64,000 bases of DNA. Origin: Camelus ferus. Lineage: Eukaryota. The notes under the pieces were generated by a model. The model saw nothing but the letters and a program-made list of their open reading frames with translations, searched no databases and had not been told where the DNA came from. Both the position numbers and the translations under genes were made by a program. Below are positions 25,401 through 39,934 of the stretch, one piece after another. Where the stretch lies: NCBI RefSeq assembly GCF_009834535.1, contig NC_045697.1, forward strand, positions 28,336,001 through 28,400,000. Reading direction: 5' to 3'. Within the stretch, counting starts at the first letter, position 1. Every line of letters starts with the position of its first letter.

Positions 25401-27999
25401 TCTGAGGAAGTGATGATGTGAGACTTAAATGATGACAAAAAGGCAAAGAATTTCAAGAGGAAGAAGAGTATTCCAAGAAGAGAAAATAGCAAGTATACAA
25501 GTTGGGACAGAACCGGCTTAACACACTCAAAGGACAGACAGATGAGATCAGAAAGGTAGGGAGGGGCCTTAGAGGCCAAGTACTAGTACCTATGGCAAAA
25601 ATTACATTATAAAAGGGTGACTACACTACTCTGAGGGAGCATTCACATAATAAACTACAATGTGAAAGGTATCCCCCAGAATGGGGCAACCAAGCAGCTT
25701 AGATGTAGCCAGGCTTTCTTGACAGTTCTTCAAAAAGGCTGTCCCTTAAGTCTCATGCATGTTTGATTCAACTTTGTGCACATTTTCAATAAACAATTAT
25801 GCCAGTCAATGAATTACATATGCTGACTTCTAAAACATGGCATCTCTCAGATTTCATACACATTTTGAACAAATAATTAAATCCTCACAGCAATCCAAAT
25901 CATTTACACAGCTACTTTTTTATTCTATTTATTTTAATTTCAATTCAATTCCTTTTTTAATAGGCATTATATTCACATGGTTCAAAAATTCAAAGAGGTA
26001 AAATGTCTCCCTCCCACCCTGCCCTTAGACACACACTTCCCATCTTTGGAGGCAACAAATGTTATCAGTTAGTTCCCTGTGTATCCTTCACATCTTCAAG
26101 CAAATACATATACATTCTTTTCTCTTTTTCTACATAAAGTGGTAGCATATTTTACGTATTGTCCTGCACTTTCTTTTTTCACTTAATTATCTTGGCAATT
26201 GTTTCACATTAGGACATAAAGTGTTCTCTTTTATGGCTGCATAGTATTCTATTTTGTGGGTACAGTATTATACTCCTGTACTGCTAACTTTAATTAGAAA
26301 CGATTTGAGAAAAAGATGCAGCTCCCAGGGCAAGAGCTGCTAACCTTGCATCCAAAGAAGGGCTGCATAAGATATGTAAATCCCCTAAAATAGTGTGTAT
26401 GTGTCTATATGTATTTCTGTGGGCAGAAAACTTGCACTCCATTCACCACATTATCAAATGGAGCTGTGATCCAAACAAAAGTTAAGAACTACTGTACAAT
26501 ATAACTTGTGCACAGGTGTTCAATAAACATATGCTGAATAGAATTTTGGTCTAGGGTTCTGCTAATTTGTGTACTAGAGACAGAAGGACTAAATTAAACA
26601 CCAATACAATCCAAAACTCTTACGTATTTTATAGAACTTTTTCCCTTTACAAACAGCAAAAGTGATCCATCTGACTCCCTTTTCTGAAACGGGCTTTATT
26701 TTTCATCTGCACCATGAACAAGAATACTAAGAAAGAAAAGAACAATTATTTAAAGTAACTGAATGATCAAAAGTTGACTATACAAGCTGTTGTTCACCAA
26801 ACTGACAACATCAGAGGTCCCTTAAACTCTCTGTAATGTTCCACAGGGTCCTTCCTGAGAAAATTAGATCATTAGTCATGTAGTTGTATATTGCCTACCA
26901 CAAGCCAGACACCAAAATAGAAGCTCTACGTTATTTAATCCTCAAGACAATCACTTAAGGCAACTTTATCTTCCCCCCTTTTACAGGTATGAAACAGGAT
27001 TTAAGAGGTTAAAGTAAAGCTATTTATTTGTTGAAAACCACTTAACCATTAAATGGCAGAGCAAGACCAAAACATCACCTCACTTTCATCTTCAAGACTC
27101 CAAATCTCATCAACTTTCCACAATACCTGAAGTCTAAAATGTAATTATGACCATTTTAGAGAAGTGGTATAATGTAGTGGTCAGAAGAATCTAGGCTCTA
27201 ATTGTAGTTCAACTATTTATTAGTTATGTCACAAATTGTTTAAACTTGAAAAGCCTCCTTTACCATCTGTAAAAATGGACTGCTGTGAGGTTTAACGTTA
27301 TCATATTTAAAGGTATGTAAAACAAACAGCTCACACACTGACCTGAAGAAGATACTTGTTACAAGGTGGCTATTATCATTATTTCATCCTTCGTTGAGTA
27401 AAAATATAAAGGCTGTAAGGTTTCCTAATGTGGCATAAAATTCCACACACCCCACCCCACTCCCAGCATGTTGGAATTATGACAAATGAGCTAAACAGTG
27501 ATTGAAAAATAATTATGTCTGATTATTAAATAGGTTCTGGCTTAACAGACCATCATAAGTTGTCCTTCAAATTATTTCAAACACATACTTGCACCTATTG
27601 ACATTCCAGTATGTTTTGACGGCTGCAAAACTATTTCGCTCTCTATTTAAATGCTTTATGCAAAATTATACTATGAGGGGTTTTTTTTTTTAAGATTATT
27701 TAACATCAGGTGGTAAGCGATGGCAGCTGTCAGATGTATTTCAGCTGTTTCTACTAGCTGTTTTCCCCTCCTTGTAAACCATGTTCTCTCTTTGATTTCC
27801 ATGAACTCATCTAAACAAACTAGAACACCCTCTCCTTGCCGTCAATCTCAAAATGACCCTATGATGAGCGTTTCGCAGAGCTGTTAATGACGAAAGTTGA
27901 AGGCCTGAGGCAACTTATCTATTAGAAAAGAAGTTTGTTACATTTTTCTCCTTCATGACCCAAAACTTGAAATCAACGCTCTAGGCAGGACTCAAACTG

Positions 28000-28680
28000 A
28001 GGTTCGAGGCAACGCTGAACAGGAAAAACAACTTTACAGCTAAGCCCAAATAATCACCTAACATTACTCCCTTCCTTTCTCCCTTCCCCCCAAGAGTGAA
28101 AAAAAAGTGAAACTGCCGCACAGCACCAAGAGCCCTGCGCGCTGGCTGCGGCCGAGAGCTGAAGCCCCACGGAAAGCTGTGCGACCAGTGCCCCTTCCCT
28201 GCCTTCGCTTCCCTCCGGAGCCACGCATCACGGTCCTCCCCGACCCTCCATACCAGGCGTGCCCGGTCCACACCCAGCCTGCAAACTCTCCCCAGCCCCT
28301 GAGGCGCACGGCCTCCCCCGGGGGCTCACCATGGCAGCCCACGGACGAAGGCGCGGCGGACAGGCCGGCCGGCAGGCGAATCCGTTACCGGGGCTCACGG
28401 TCCCTTCGCGCCAACAACTTCTCCCGCGAAGTAGGAGGTCGAGGCAGCGGCGCCCGGTGATGACGTCAGGAAGCGCACAGCTTCCTCTCGGCCGGGGCGG
28501 GAGGCGGGAGAAGCGACGTGGGCCCAGGTGCCGCCCCTGAGGCCGGCGGGCCGCTGTTCTCTCGAGGAGCGGCGGGACCCAGGCCCGCGCCCAGATTTTT
28601 TGCCTTCGGCTTTTGGCGGGGGCGCTGGAGTGGGGAGCTTCCGAGATTGGCTTCCTCGGTTCCTCCCGGATACACGTTTG
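28000..28680. promoter_or_regulatory. RFC1: CpG island / RFC1 promoter
   Basis: Sharp rise in GC and CpG in an AT-rich window. Contains a perfect CRE TGACGTCA (28461-28468), GC boxes (about 28494-28508), E2F-like sites (TTGGCGCGAA on minus 28405-28414; TTTTGGCGGG 28611-28620) and CCAAT on minus (28646-28650). Confidence 0.9.
28330..28332 (-). CDS. RFC1: RFC1 coding exon 1 (initiator ATG only; 5'UTR extends to roughly 28440)
   Basis: Minus strand reads gggctgccATG|gtgagc: good Kozak context, then a canonical donor, inside a CpG island. Splices in phase 0 to DIRKFFG of exon 2. Confidence 0.92.
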
Positions 28681-29488
28681 AGGGGTGCATTGCCCTACTT
28701 AGTAACTTTAAAATGTTTCTATTACCAGCCGCAGTAAGACACATTTTAGGTGTATTGTGTTTCACATATTACATCTCAGTATCTATTCTGAACAAGAATT
28801 TCATCAAACAGTATTTACCCTGATTTTTTTTTTTCTTAAATGTTTGCCCTACCAAGTTGTTTTTTTCGTCCACTTTCAAGTGGAGATCCGCAGTTTGAAA
28901 ACTGTCTGGCTAAAGGACAATTTTATGCTGTATACTTCCAGAACAAAAAAGACTTAGGTAAAATCATCTAGTCATTACCACCCACTCCATTTTATAAATG
29001 AAAATAGGCCCAAACAAGCTAAGGGGCCTAGGCTGGGAATCTAGGCCTACAAATTATTAAACCTGCTCTAAGTCCCTCAAAGGGGTGTGTCTGTGTGTCT
29101 GTGTGTCTGTGTGAGTGAAGCCAAGGGATGACAAAGTATGTCTATAGAAGAACAATGATCCCGAAAGCTTTGGAGTAAAAAGGTTTTATATTAATAGATA
29201 ACCAATTGAACTGTGGACTAGAAAGTGACATTTACATACAATTTTAAGAGAAAAACGTGAGACCTTTAGGAGTTTAGTGGGGAGAGCAATATCTCCCTCC
29301 AGCTTTGGCCCCAGACTTTTAAATCCTTGTCCGTCCACCCACCCACCCCTTGTTCCCTCTTGCATTTTATCACACCCATCTCTTTACAATGAAAGATAGT
29401 AAAGCCTTCTGGGGTAAAGCAGAGGCTAAGCATGGAGAACTCATATTTATTAAATGGCCACTGTAATATGTTCCAGACATGCAGCTAT

Positions 29489-29670
29489 TTTTTTTTTTTG
29501 ATGTATAGTCAGTTTACAATGTTGTGTCAATTTCTGGTGTACAGCACAATGCTTCAGTCATATATGAATATACATATATTTATTTTCATATTCTTTTTCA
29601 CTATAAGCTACGACAAGATATTGAATATGTTTCCCTGTGCTATACAGTATAAACTTGTTTATCTACTTTA
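29489..29670 (-). mobile_element. Young truncated L1 3' end inserted in a MIR
   Basis: Poly-T start, reverse complement of the L1 3' motif, 15-bp TSD cagacatgcagctat (29474-29488 / 29671-29685). Confidence 0.85.
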
Positions 29671-30489
29671 CAGACATGCAGCTATGGACTATCCCAGTTT
29701 AACTCATCTAATACCTACATTGATGCTGGCAACTATTATTATCTCCAATTTACAAAGCCGTAAACTGGAACTAATGAACAGGGCCTCATTTAATGGGACA
29801 CTCTGAAGCCAGTGTGCTTGGGTTCCTAGCCCCACCACACTAATTATGTGACCATGGGGAAGTTACTATGGCTCAGTTTCCTCATCTGTAAAATAAAGAT
29901 AATAGTACTATGTTCTTCATAGGGTTATTGTGAAATTGTTCCTGGCATATAAGCAGTAGTAATATTTTTTTTAAGTCAGCTGTTATTATTATTACACAAG
30001 GCTAGGTATTATCAAGGGAGATAGTTCAAAAAACAAACTTACCTACTCCATAATTTTGCTTAGGGAAATATTTGATTGGGGAGGAGGGGATTCATCAGAT
30101 CCTTTGAGAAATCAATAAAAACTATGAACCAAAAAAATTAAATAAAATAATTTTTAAATAAATAAAAACAAAAACTATGAACCTACTCTCCAGAAAAATG
30201 TACATAGCAAACACATCATGTAACTTTTTACCTATAATTTCAGAGAACCTAAACCAATTTACAGTGTTCATTGTGTTATGAATAAGTGAATAAGATATAT
30301 TTTAAAAATTTTACATATCTTTTACATTATACTACTTTAAATTTTTGCATTTCTTCTTCAGTATTTTAAAGGCTTCCTTGAATTTAGGTGAGACCTAAGT
30401 CAGAAGACTGTAACTTTCGGAAAGATACTGAACTGAATTTGTTGGATTGTTTAGGAACATTTATTTGGAAATATTCTATCTCAGAAAAG

Positions 30490-30930
30490 TACCAGATTAA
30501 AAATGGCTGTATATGCTTTCATACTCCTCCTCCAACGTGAGATGACCTGTAACTGATTTGACCAAAGAATATGGTGGGAATAATGCTATGACAGTTCCAA
30601 ATCCAAGCTTTCAGAGGACTAGCAGCTCCCACCTTGCTCTCTGGGAACCTGAGCCACCCTGTAAAGCAGGAGAAGGCACCAGTCAAGCCCAGGTTTACAG
30701 CCATCTCCACCAGGTACCGGGCTTGTAAGTGAAACCATCTTGGACCCAGGATACCAGCTGCTAGTGGAAGTCCACTAAGTGACCCAAGTCAACACTACAT
30801 AGAGCAGAAAAATCACCTACTCAAGGCTTGCCTAAATTCTCTGACTCACAGTAGTTTGAGGATAATAAAATGATTGTTCTTTTAAGGTATTAAGTTTGGG
30901 GACATTCTGTTGTAAAGTGATAGATAACCA
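30490..30930 (+). mobile_element. MLT1 (older subfamily) LTR
   Basis: tttgaccaaagaatatggtgggaat...ataataaaatgattgttcttttaagg...gatagataacca. Confidence 0.65.
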
Positions 30931-33900
30931 GAGCAGAAATGTTTTAAAGAACCCAAAGGGTAACCAAAAAATAGGCATGAACAGAATATTCATGCTTATT
31001 TTCTCTGCTGTGGTGATTTTCACTGATGCATCATTCAACAAATATTTATTGAGCATCTGCTCTGTGTTGGCACCTTTTTATGTGCATGCTGGGAACCAAT
31101 AGTAAACAAGACAGACAGCCCCAGCTTCCCTGAAGTTTATATTTTTGAAGAAAAGAGAAAAACAAGTCAGTAGACAAAAATAAATGCTATACCTTCAAAT
31201 AAGGGTAAGTGCTATAAAGAAAGGGTTTATAAGATTTTAAGCCAAAAGACTATGATCCCATCATTTTTACACTTTGTATTTTATGACCAAAAAGAAAAAA
31301 AAAATTACTATGTATTCTATGGGAAAATATGATACTCATTTGTTTTCCATGGCAGAGAAATCTGAAGAGTGCTAGGAGATTGCCAAATGTGATTTTTTTC
31401 AATTTTGTCTATAGCAGAGCAGCAGTCTCCTGTTAAGTTTGTTTCTACATAATAACTACATCGGACTTTAATCCTTCCTGGGCACTTTTCCATAACAGTG
31501 TCTAGTTGGAATTTCTTCGAGGCAAAAGACCAGCCTGTGTACACCTACCATTTCTATGTGGCCTTTCTTTGACCATAAGAATAAGATGATAAAAGGTCAT
31601 AACTACTCCCATGTCTCAATATTAACTGAAAGACTGCAGTGATGCATCTCCCAGAGACTGAGGATACATGAAGAAAGAATAGAACAAATGAGGGCTGTGT
31701 AGATAGTTTTTTAGAGAGGCAAAGAAAAATCATTTATCAGTGATGTAAAACATTAGCTAACAAAGATTCCTCGCGTGTTTTCTTAAAAGTATTTTCATCA
31801 AAACTATTTCCTCATGTTTTCTTTAGTCTGCTTTCTTTAATTCAGGTCTTCTTAGTATAAATGTTTCTGAAACCAGCTGATGAGTAAATAAGACTAATGC
31901 TTCATTTGTAGAGTAACATTGGTAACAGATAATACAGCAATTGGATAAGCACTGCAGTCTCCAGAATTAAGAGTGTCTATTAAAAGTCTAAAATATTTTG
32001 TAAAATATTTTTTCTTTTAATAATAGTTTGAGACCTATCACAGAGAAGACACATTTTAAGAAATACATTATATATTGGATCTGATCACCTAATGCTCACT
32101 GGCCTTGTCTTAATCCTTAAAAGAAAGGACTTCAGGGAAAACTTTGTCAGCAAAGCCAATTTTGTGAAAGTTAGGGCTCTCTTTCCCTCCCCCACTTAAG
32201 GATATACCACTGGCAGAAGAACTGCTGACGTTCCATGAAGAACTCTTTCTCCCAAAACTTATTAATATTGACATGAATGTGTCTAGTAGTATGTTTCTAA
32301 ATTTGTGAATAATTGGATTATGTGAATAATAATTGGCTCTCTTTCCATAACATATACAGAGTTAAATTGTTGCCCTCCTGAAACTGACTAAAAGCCCTGT
32401 GTTAGTTAGAAAGTGCATGACTTGAATTTTGGTCATCCTTTATAATCTAACTAACTAGTGCCATGTGTAAGTAGAAAACAATTGCAAAGGACAATATAAA
32501 TTCTCAGTGTTAATGCCTGTGCCTTACTTAACTTATCTGTGTGATAGGAAGAACTCTTTACAAATGGAGTCAGTTTGAAATGCTTTTCAGAACCACAATA
32601 GTTACATTGTCTTTCCCACAGACTTTTGTAAGTTAACAGAAATCAATCGAATTTTCACTGTGCAACAACAAATGTGACTTTCTGCCCTCTGGACAAATAT
32701 TAGCATGTCCTGCTTTGTCAGAATTTATTGGAACATTTTCCTTATAGAAAACAGCCCATTAGGCAGCTTGTCTTTTTCTGTGTTTGTGATGCCTGCAGAG
32801 ATCCAGAACAGTGATACTGATATTGTAATCCATTTATGAACATAACATTAGGTCATAATCTGTCAGCATTAAAGTGCACATGTTCTAACTTAGGAAATTA
32901 GGCACTATGTCATTTATCTTAATTATCTGATGATATCCAGTTAATCTTCTTAATATGATTATGCATGAGTAATTAAATTTTTATAAACTTGCCTGATGAT
33001 ATCCTATAAATACAAAAAAGTTTGTTTCATTAATAAAGCAGTATCTTCACTTAGATTAGAAGAAACATTTACATTTAAATTGTAAATTTAACAAAAAGTT
33101 TGTAACTTTACTATTGACATACACATTTGATTATATATACATACACACACACACACACATATATAAATATATATAATGTATTTTCAATTGCAGATTAATT
33201 CCCTGAAATATTCATCGACAACTTTAAAGGTATTTATAGACAGAGCAACAGGAATGCCAATAGCATTTTGTGGTGATAGTAGATTTTATGATTAGGATAA
33301 TCTTTCCTTCTCCAAGTCCTACAAATCAAAGTAATTCTAGAACTGTTATTGTTTCACAGAAATAATGAGACATAGCAAATAAAAGAAACTGCCATCAGCT
33401 ATCTGAGAACTGTTGCTGTAGTAAGGAAGGACCACATACCTGGATATTATATACCTTTAAGACTCTTGAGAATCTGAGTTTCTATAATAAGATAACACCC
33501 AAAATTTTAGTTCATATTTCAATAACATTTGAAATGAAAATATTTTTGAACTTCCATGGAAATCTTACAGGTCATCTTTCTTCACATGCAACTTAAATAA
33601 AACTGAATATAATCACTGTTTTTAGAAGGTTGTGTGTATTAGAGGTAAAAAAAAACTTTTAAATGAACACAAGTCAGAATAGAAAAGATGCATGAAAAAG
33701 GAATTCCAATAAATTCATATTTTTCATAAAATATACAGCAAAATCTTATTCAAGTGAAGTCTGATTCATTGCCATAAAAAGAAAATAAGCAATGCTTTTT
33801 AACATATCTTTAAACTGCTAGTTCATATAGGAAGGTCTAACCTTGCTTTAAGGCAAAGTCAAGTGCTTTGGACTCTATATTTTAAAATGTTATACCTAGT

Positions 33901-34799
33901 TTGATGCCTTTATATAAATATTATCATTAGCTCTGGGATAGTGAAAAACACTGTAATTGGTAAAGTAAATACAGCATATCGCTAATGCCTAGGCTTCTCT
34001 AGACATTTTTCAGAAAATATTTGTTATAGTTTAAGAGTATGATTTGTAAAACTTAACATTTCTGTATGTGGAAACACATTATAATTGAATACTACCTCTT
34101 TTCTCTTTCTCTACCATGTATGCATAATCTAAATCTGATCATTAAAAAACATCAGACAGACCAAAGTTGAGAAATATTCTACAAATTAACTGACCAAGAT
34201 TAAGCAACAGTGTCAAAGTAAGGAAAGATGGAGGAACTATCACAGATTGGCGAGGACTAAAAACACACAGTAACTAAATGTAATGTGGGATCCTCGACAC
34301 AAAAGACATTAGAAGGAAGTAAGGTAAAATCCATACCTTATTAAGTAGTAGCATAGCATAATATTCTGGTTTTGACCATTGCAAATGATCATGTAAGTTA
34401 ACATGAAGCAAAACTGAGTGAAGAATGTGTGTGAACTCTCTGTATCGCTTTGCAACTTTTCTATAGTATAATTTATTTTAAGTTAAAAGAAAAAGATGAC
34501 CCCAAGGTGGATGGCTATGGGGTTGAACAAACAGGATCTGAGACAGGAAACAAGAATTTGGTTTTTGGATGTGTTAAGTCTGAGATGGCTTTTAGACGTG
34601 GTTGAAAACGTGGAATGAAAGAAATAGTCATGAGCAAAGAAATCAGAAAATTTATATTTATGCCCAAATAATGTATAACATGGCTATGAATCTTAGTAAC
34701 ATTTTTAAGGATTCTTTGTTTTAAAAAAGTGAAGGTGTAATTCATAAATTATTAATAATTTGGAACATAAGTCTTTATGATTTCAACAAAGCTCTTCTT

Positions 34800-35254
34800 C
34801 ATGAGAAGTGTTTCTTGATGAAGCACTTTCTGCCCTTGGCTTCAAGGGCATCTGTAGTCTCCAGGTTTTCTTCCTTCTTCAGTAGCCACTCCTCGGACTT
34901 GGGTTCTGTCACTCCATTTAGTGTTTGATTGCCCCACGGCTTGTTTCTATACACAATGCCTGGTGATTTCATCCAGTCTCATAGCCTTACATACTGTATG
35001 AACACTGACACTTCCAAATTTCCATCAACTGATAATTTTCCTATAAATTTCAGACTTACAAATCCATTTTCAACTTCATATCTCCCCTTGGCTGTCTAAT
35101 AGATACATCAAAGTTAATAAGTCCAGTACTAAACTCTTCATCTTCCCTCAGAAACTTGCATCTCAGTTAATAGCACTTCTATCCTTCCATTTGCTCAGGT
35201 CAAAAATTTTGAAGTAATTCTTGACTTTTTCTCTCTCCCTCTCCCACTCCCTGT

Positions 35255-35293
<39 letters not shown>

Positions 35294-35800
35294 GCACACA
35301 CATGCAGAGACATACAAAACAGACACTCATATCCAAGCCATCAGTAAATTCTGTTGGCGCTACTTCCAAAAAATAACCAGAACCTAACAAATCTCACTAC
35401 TTCTACCAGTAACGTGCAGGTCAAGCCACAGTTAGCTCTCCCCTGGCCCTGACTCTGCTTTTGACCCCCTTACAGTACATTCTGAACACAGCAGCCAGAC
35501 TGATTATTTTGCAATATGAGTTAAATCATGTCACTCTCTGCTGAAAACTCTCCAATGCTCCTCTTCTCACTAAGAGTAAAAGACAGATTCATCCCCATCC
35601 CCCTACACTATCTAGTCCCATTACCACTCTGTACTACTGCCTACTACTCTCAGCCACACTGACCTCTTCATTATTTCTTGAAGGTACCAGACATGCTTCT
35701 GCTTCAAGGACTTTTCACGCACTACTCACTCTCTACCTGGAGGCTCTTCTCTCAAATATCTGCATAGTCTACCTCATCACCAGTGCAAAGCCTCTGCTCA
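34800..35800 (+). mobile_element. L2 LINE fragment
   Basis: cccttggcttc...ttccttcttcagtagccactcc...atcatgtcactctctgctgaaaactctccaatg, typical L2 3' region; interrupted by (CT)n at about 35260-35291. Confidence 0.7.
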
Positions 35801-36379
35801 CAGTCAGAGATGACCAAACACCAGCATGATGGTAAGAGTCAGCAGAAAGAACAAAAACCAGATTTAGATTCCAAATAATTAGCAATTCAGAAAATACAAC
35901 AGCTATGGATGGGCTATTTACAGATATAATCACAAAGAGGAACATTGCCTCTATTGGCCTTCAGTGTAGGAAACAGAAATCACTCTGGGTATTTCACTCA
36001 GAAAAGAGTATTGTTTTGTTATATTTTTTTACAAGGAATCTGGCATTTAATATGTTGGAGGGGCAGGGGCTGAAGAAATGATTTCAGACACCATCACTAG
36101 ACTTTCTGCTTTAAGGTCACACTTGGAAACTGCAGCTTCCGTTGCTGCTATCACTACCACTGCCAATGCCATGGCCTCTCACACTTGTGAATTTAGAGAC
36201 AGTCCAGGGAATGTGGAGCTGACCTTATAGCCACTCATGATACCAGAGATGGTCCTACCTATCTACTGCCAGAGAAGGCATCACCTCTGTCTCCTTTCAA
36301 AAGTTTGTTTGAAAATGATCCTCAATTTTTTTCAAGTTGTTTTATTGATAGTGCTTTACACACTCAAGTATAGCCCACA

Positions 36380-37550
36380 AACACGTTAATCATTTAATAT
36401 TCTTGAACTTTTCTCCTGTTTGGATATACAAAATAGAATGTTGGTAAGAAAACAGCCTTTAAAAAATTTTGAAGAAAGACAAAAGAATAAAAAAAAGAAG
36501 ATCCCAACCTAGAACTCTTAACCCAGCCAAACAACCAAACAAACGTGTGGCGGAAAACACATGTAATTTGCCCTCTCCCCAAAAATGTATTCCCTCTGTA
36601 GCTTTTTTCAGGAAACTACTGGAAAATGTGTTTTACCAGAATGAGGGAGTACACAAAGAAGAAGAAGGCATGGAGGTAAAGAAAACAGGTGATCAAGCAC
36701 AGAAAAAAAGGAAGGGGAATCCCCAGGTGGCAGCTGTGGAACAGGTGTGGAGGGAAGTGGTCCAGACTGCAGCAGTGTCGCTCAGGAGAAAGGCTAGCAA
36801 GGGCTGTCATCACCATGCCCTCTGGACAAAGCTACTGGGGCATTCACTCCATGACAAGAAGGAAGTGAACCAAGAAAAGTTAAAAAAATTAGATTCATAT
36901 AATGGAATCCAATCAGGAAAAGGTAAAGGAATTCCTAAGATGTCAGCAAAGGGAAGTCCCAAAAACACAAACAGGCAGAAGGAAGCAGGCCCAGAGCATC
37001 AGTAGATAGAGAGAAACAAAGGTCTCTGGGAGGGGGGATTCCAGGAAAAAAAGATTGAAACTAATAATAGAGGAGATTGGCCTTGTACCTGCTATTGGCA
37101 GGTGTGGGGACTTAGCAATAGGTACAAAAGACAGCCAAGCAAATGAAAAACAAAGCAATTATTATTAAACCACTGGAAAAACAAAGAGAGAAAATGATCA
37201 TAGTATACTATCATTTACAATATTCAGCAATAAATAATATTTATATAAAAAATAATGTAAACTCTAAATATCAACTTAACCAAAATGGTAATTTTTTAAC
37301 CAACAGAAAATGGTGATATGAGAAACCTAAATCTTTATCTATCATGAAAGGATATCAATAGTTTGAAACAAAGGAATTGAAAGATAACAGTACCTGAATA
37401 CTATGCATGTACAAATGTGGAGATATACAAATTCTAGAAGAACAACTACAGAGTTGAAAGTGGGGGAGGGGACTAAGGGGAGTAAATACCTTAATAAAAA
37501 CAAAAATTAATTTTAAGAAGATCACACACAAAATACAAAATGATAAAAAC
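36380..37550 (+). mobile_element. Ancient L1M/HAL1-like fragment
   Basis: ggaaactactggaaaatgtgttttaccagaatgagggagtacacaaagaag, with a diverged second copy of this unit about 220 bp downstream. Confidence 0.5.
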
Positions 37551-38771
37551 ACTAAAAATAGTATATAGGAGAATACCTTTATAATTTTAGACTGGAGACT
37601 ATTTTCCTATCCCAGAAACCCAAAAGGAAGTGAATAATTTGCACAAAAATGAAAAACTTTTGCACATGTAAATACATTAATATTCTGAGACCAATTGTGG
37701 TGATGGTTGCACAACTCTGAATATACTAAAAACAGTTGAATTGTATATTTTCAGTGAATGGATTGTATAGTGTGGGGATTATATCTCAATAAAGCTGTTT
37801 TTAAAGAGTTAAAGGACAAACTGTTAGGAGAAAACATTTGCTGTATATATATATCAGACAAGGGATTTAAAGCTTTATATATAATAAGCTTCCTCCTCTA
37901 ATTCTTTAGAGAAAGAAAAAATAGAAACATAAGCAAAGGAGATGAAAAGGCAACTCACAGGAGAGGAAATACAAAGGACCAGTAAGTACATGAAAACATT
38001 AGTAATCAGAGAGATCCAAATGAATGCAAAAATGAAATGCCATTTTTCTTTACTATATTGACAAAAAAGAGAACGACAAATAATGCCCAACACTGGGGAA
38101 AGTGACTGTCATGCACTAATGATAGGAGCTCAAAAGTATCAACTGCCTTTCTGAAGGGGAGCTGGGAAATACCCATAAACACAGAAAATGCACATACCCT
38201 TCAACCCACCAATTCCAGTTTTAGCAATATCCTGTATCTCTCACGTATGCAAAGTTATTGGACTTGGGGTTGTTAATTGCAGAATTCCTTGCAATATGAG
38301 AAATAGAAAAACTTAAATGCTTACCAGCATGTAAATAGTTAAATAAATAAGATAACAGTGTACCTATGCCGTGGAATATTATGCATCTGTTGAAACACAG
38401 TGAGCTAGATCTATGTGTACTGATAGAGAAAGAGCTTCAGAATAAATTATTAAGAGAATAAAGCATGTTGTGCATTGTGTACATGTGATCACATTTATGT
38501 TTTTTAAAAATACAGAAAATGTGTGTGTGTGTACACTCCAAATTTTAATGAGGGGACTTCAACTTTTTGGCTCCATATTATTTTATTTGCAGTCTTTTAA
38601 AACCACCTCTTAATAATTTGTTTCTAGTATTTTTTAAAATATGAATTCTAAAAAGAAACAGAAGTCAGATGTTTAGTCAGGTATACTGAATCAGCCTACA
38701 GGGGTGGAGATTGAGCATATGTATTTGTTAAAACTCAAGAGATGACTCTGATACACAGCAAAAATTGAGAC

Positions 38772-39375
38772 TGTGGAAAAGTATGGAAATCCCTCAAAAA
38801 TTAAACACAGAATTGCCATATGATCCAGCAGCTGCACTTCTGGGTATACACTCCAAAGAATTAAAAGCAGGGACTCTAACAGATGTTTATATACTCATAT
38901 TCATAGCAGCATTATTCACAAGAACCAAAAGATAGAAACAACCCAAAAGTTCATCAATGGTGAATGGTTTAAAAACATGTGATACAATGGAGTATTATTC
39001 AGCTTCAAATAGGAATTAAATTTTGACACGTGCTACAGACAGATGAACCTTGAGGACATAATGCTAACTGAAATAAGCCAAACACAAAACAAAATGTATT
39101 GTATGATTTTACTTATATGAGGTATCTTGAGTAGTCAAATTCATATAGACACAGGAAGTAGACTGGTGATTGCCGGGCACCGAGGGGAGGAAGAAATGGG
39201 GAGTTATTGTTTAATGGATACAAGGTTTCAGTTGGGGAAGATGAAAGAATTCTGAAGGTGGATGGTGATGATGGCACAACAGTGTGAATGTACTTAATGC
39301 CGCTGTATGCCTAAAAATAGTTAAAATGGTAACTTTCATGTTATGTGTATTCCACCACAATGAAAATGTTTTTAA
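38772..39375 (+). mobile_element. L1MB-type 3' end
   Basis: ccatatgatccagcagctgcacttctgggtatac...gaaccttgaggacataatgctaactgaaataagcca...ggtttcagttgggg. Confidence 0.8.
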
Positions 39376-39800
39376 AGACCCAGAAAAACTACTTTTTCAC
39401 TTCTTCCTGTGTGATGCATCTCCATTTATTTCTAGAAATTCAACTATTTATACTGATAATGCCCATATCTATTACCTTCACAAAAGATCTTTCCTCAAAC
39501 ATCTACCCACCCATTTGATATCTCATATCTCAAATTCAAAGTGTTTAAAACACTATCTTCTTTTATCTTCTGAATTCTCTATTTCACCCAGTTGTCCAGT
39601 CAGAACTCTGGGTCACCATTGGCCCCTTCCTCTCCTAAACTCAGTCTCAACAGCCAATTGATTTTTGAGGCCTTGTTGATATTACCTTCTAACTAGGGTT
39701 TTTTTTTGTTTGTTTGTTTGTTTTTCCTTTGAGAAAACTTTGTTGACACTCTAATACTGGGACTGTTGAGATTATTGATCAGAAATGTTAAGACAAGACG

Positions 39801-39934
39801 TTTCCTTTATTTTATTTGTTGCTTTGTGGGCATGGTAATTAGGTTTATTTATTTATTATTCAAGGTGCTGGGGATTGAACCCAGGACCTCATGCAGGCTA
39901 AGCACACACTCTACCACTGAGCTATACTCTCCCC
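39801..39934 (-). mobile_element. tRNA-derived SINE (vic-1-like, longer tail form)
   Basis: Reverse complement of the same tRNA-like head plus an (AAAT)n/A-rich tail. Confidence 0.8.

Noticed and set aside
27981..28823. Cluster of overlapping Pro/Arg/Gly-rich ORFs
   Set aside because: Expected from the scarcity of stop codons in a CpG island; only the RFC1 ATG has splice support.
36469..37005. 178-aa Lys-rich ORF
   Set aside because: TTG start inside a decayed, A-rich L1M/HAL1-like element; no recognisable domain.
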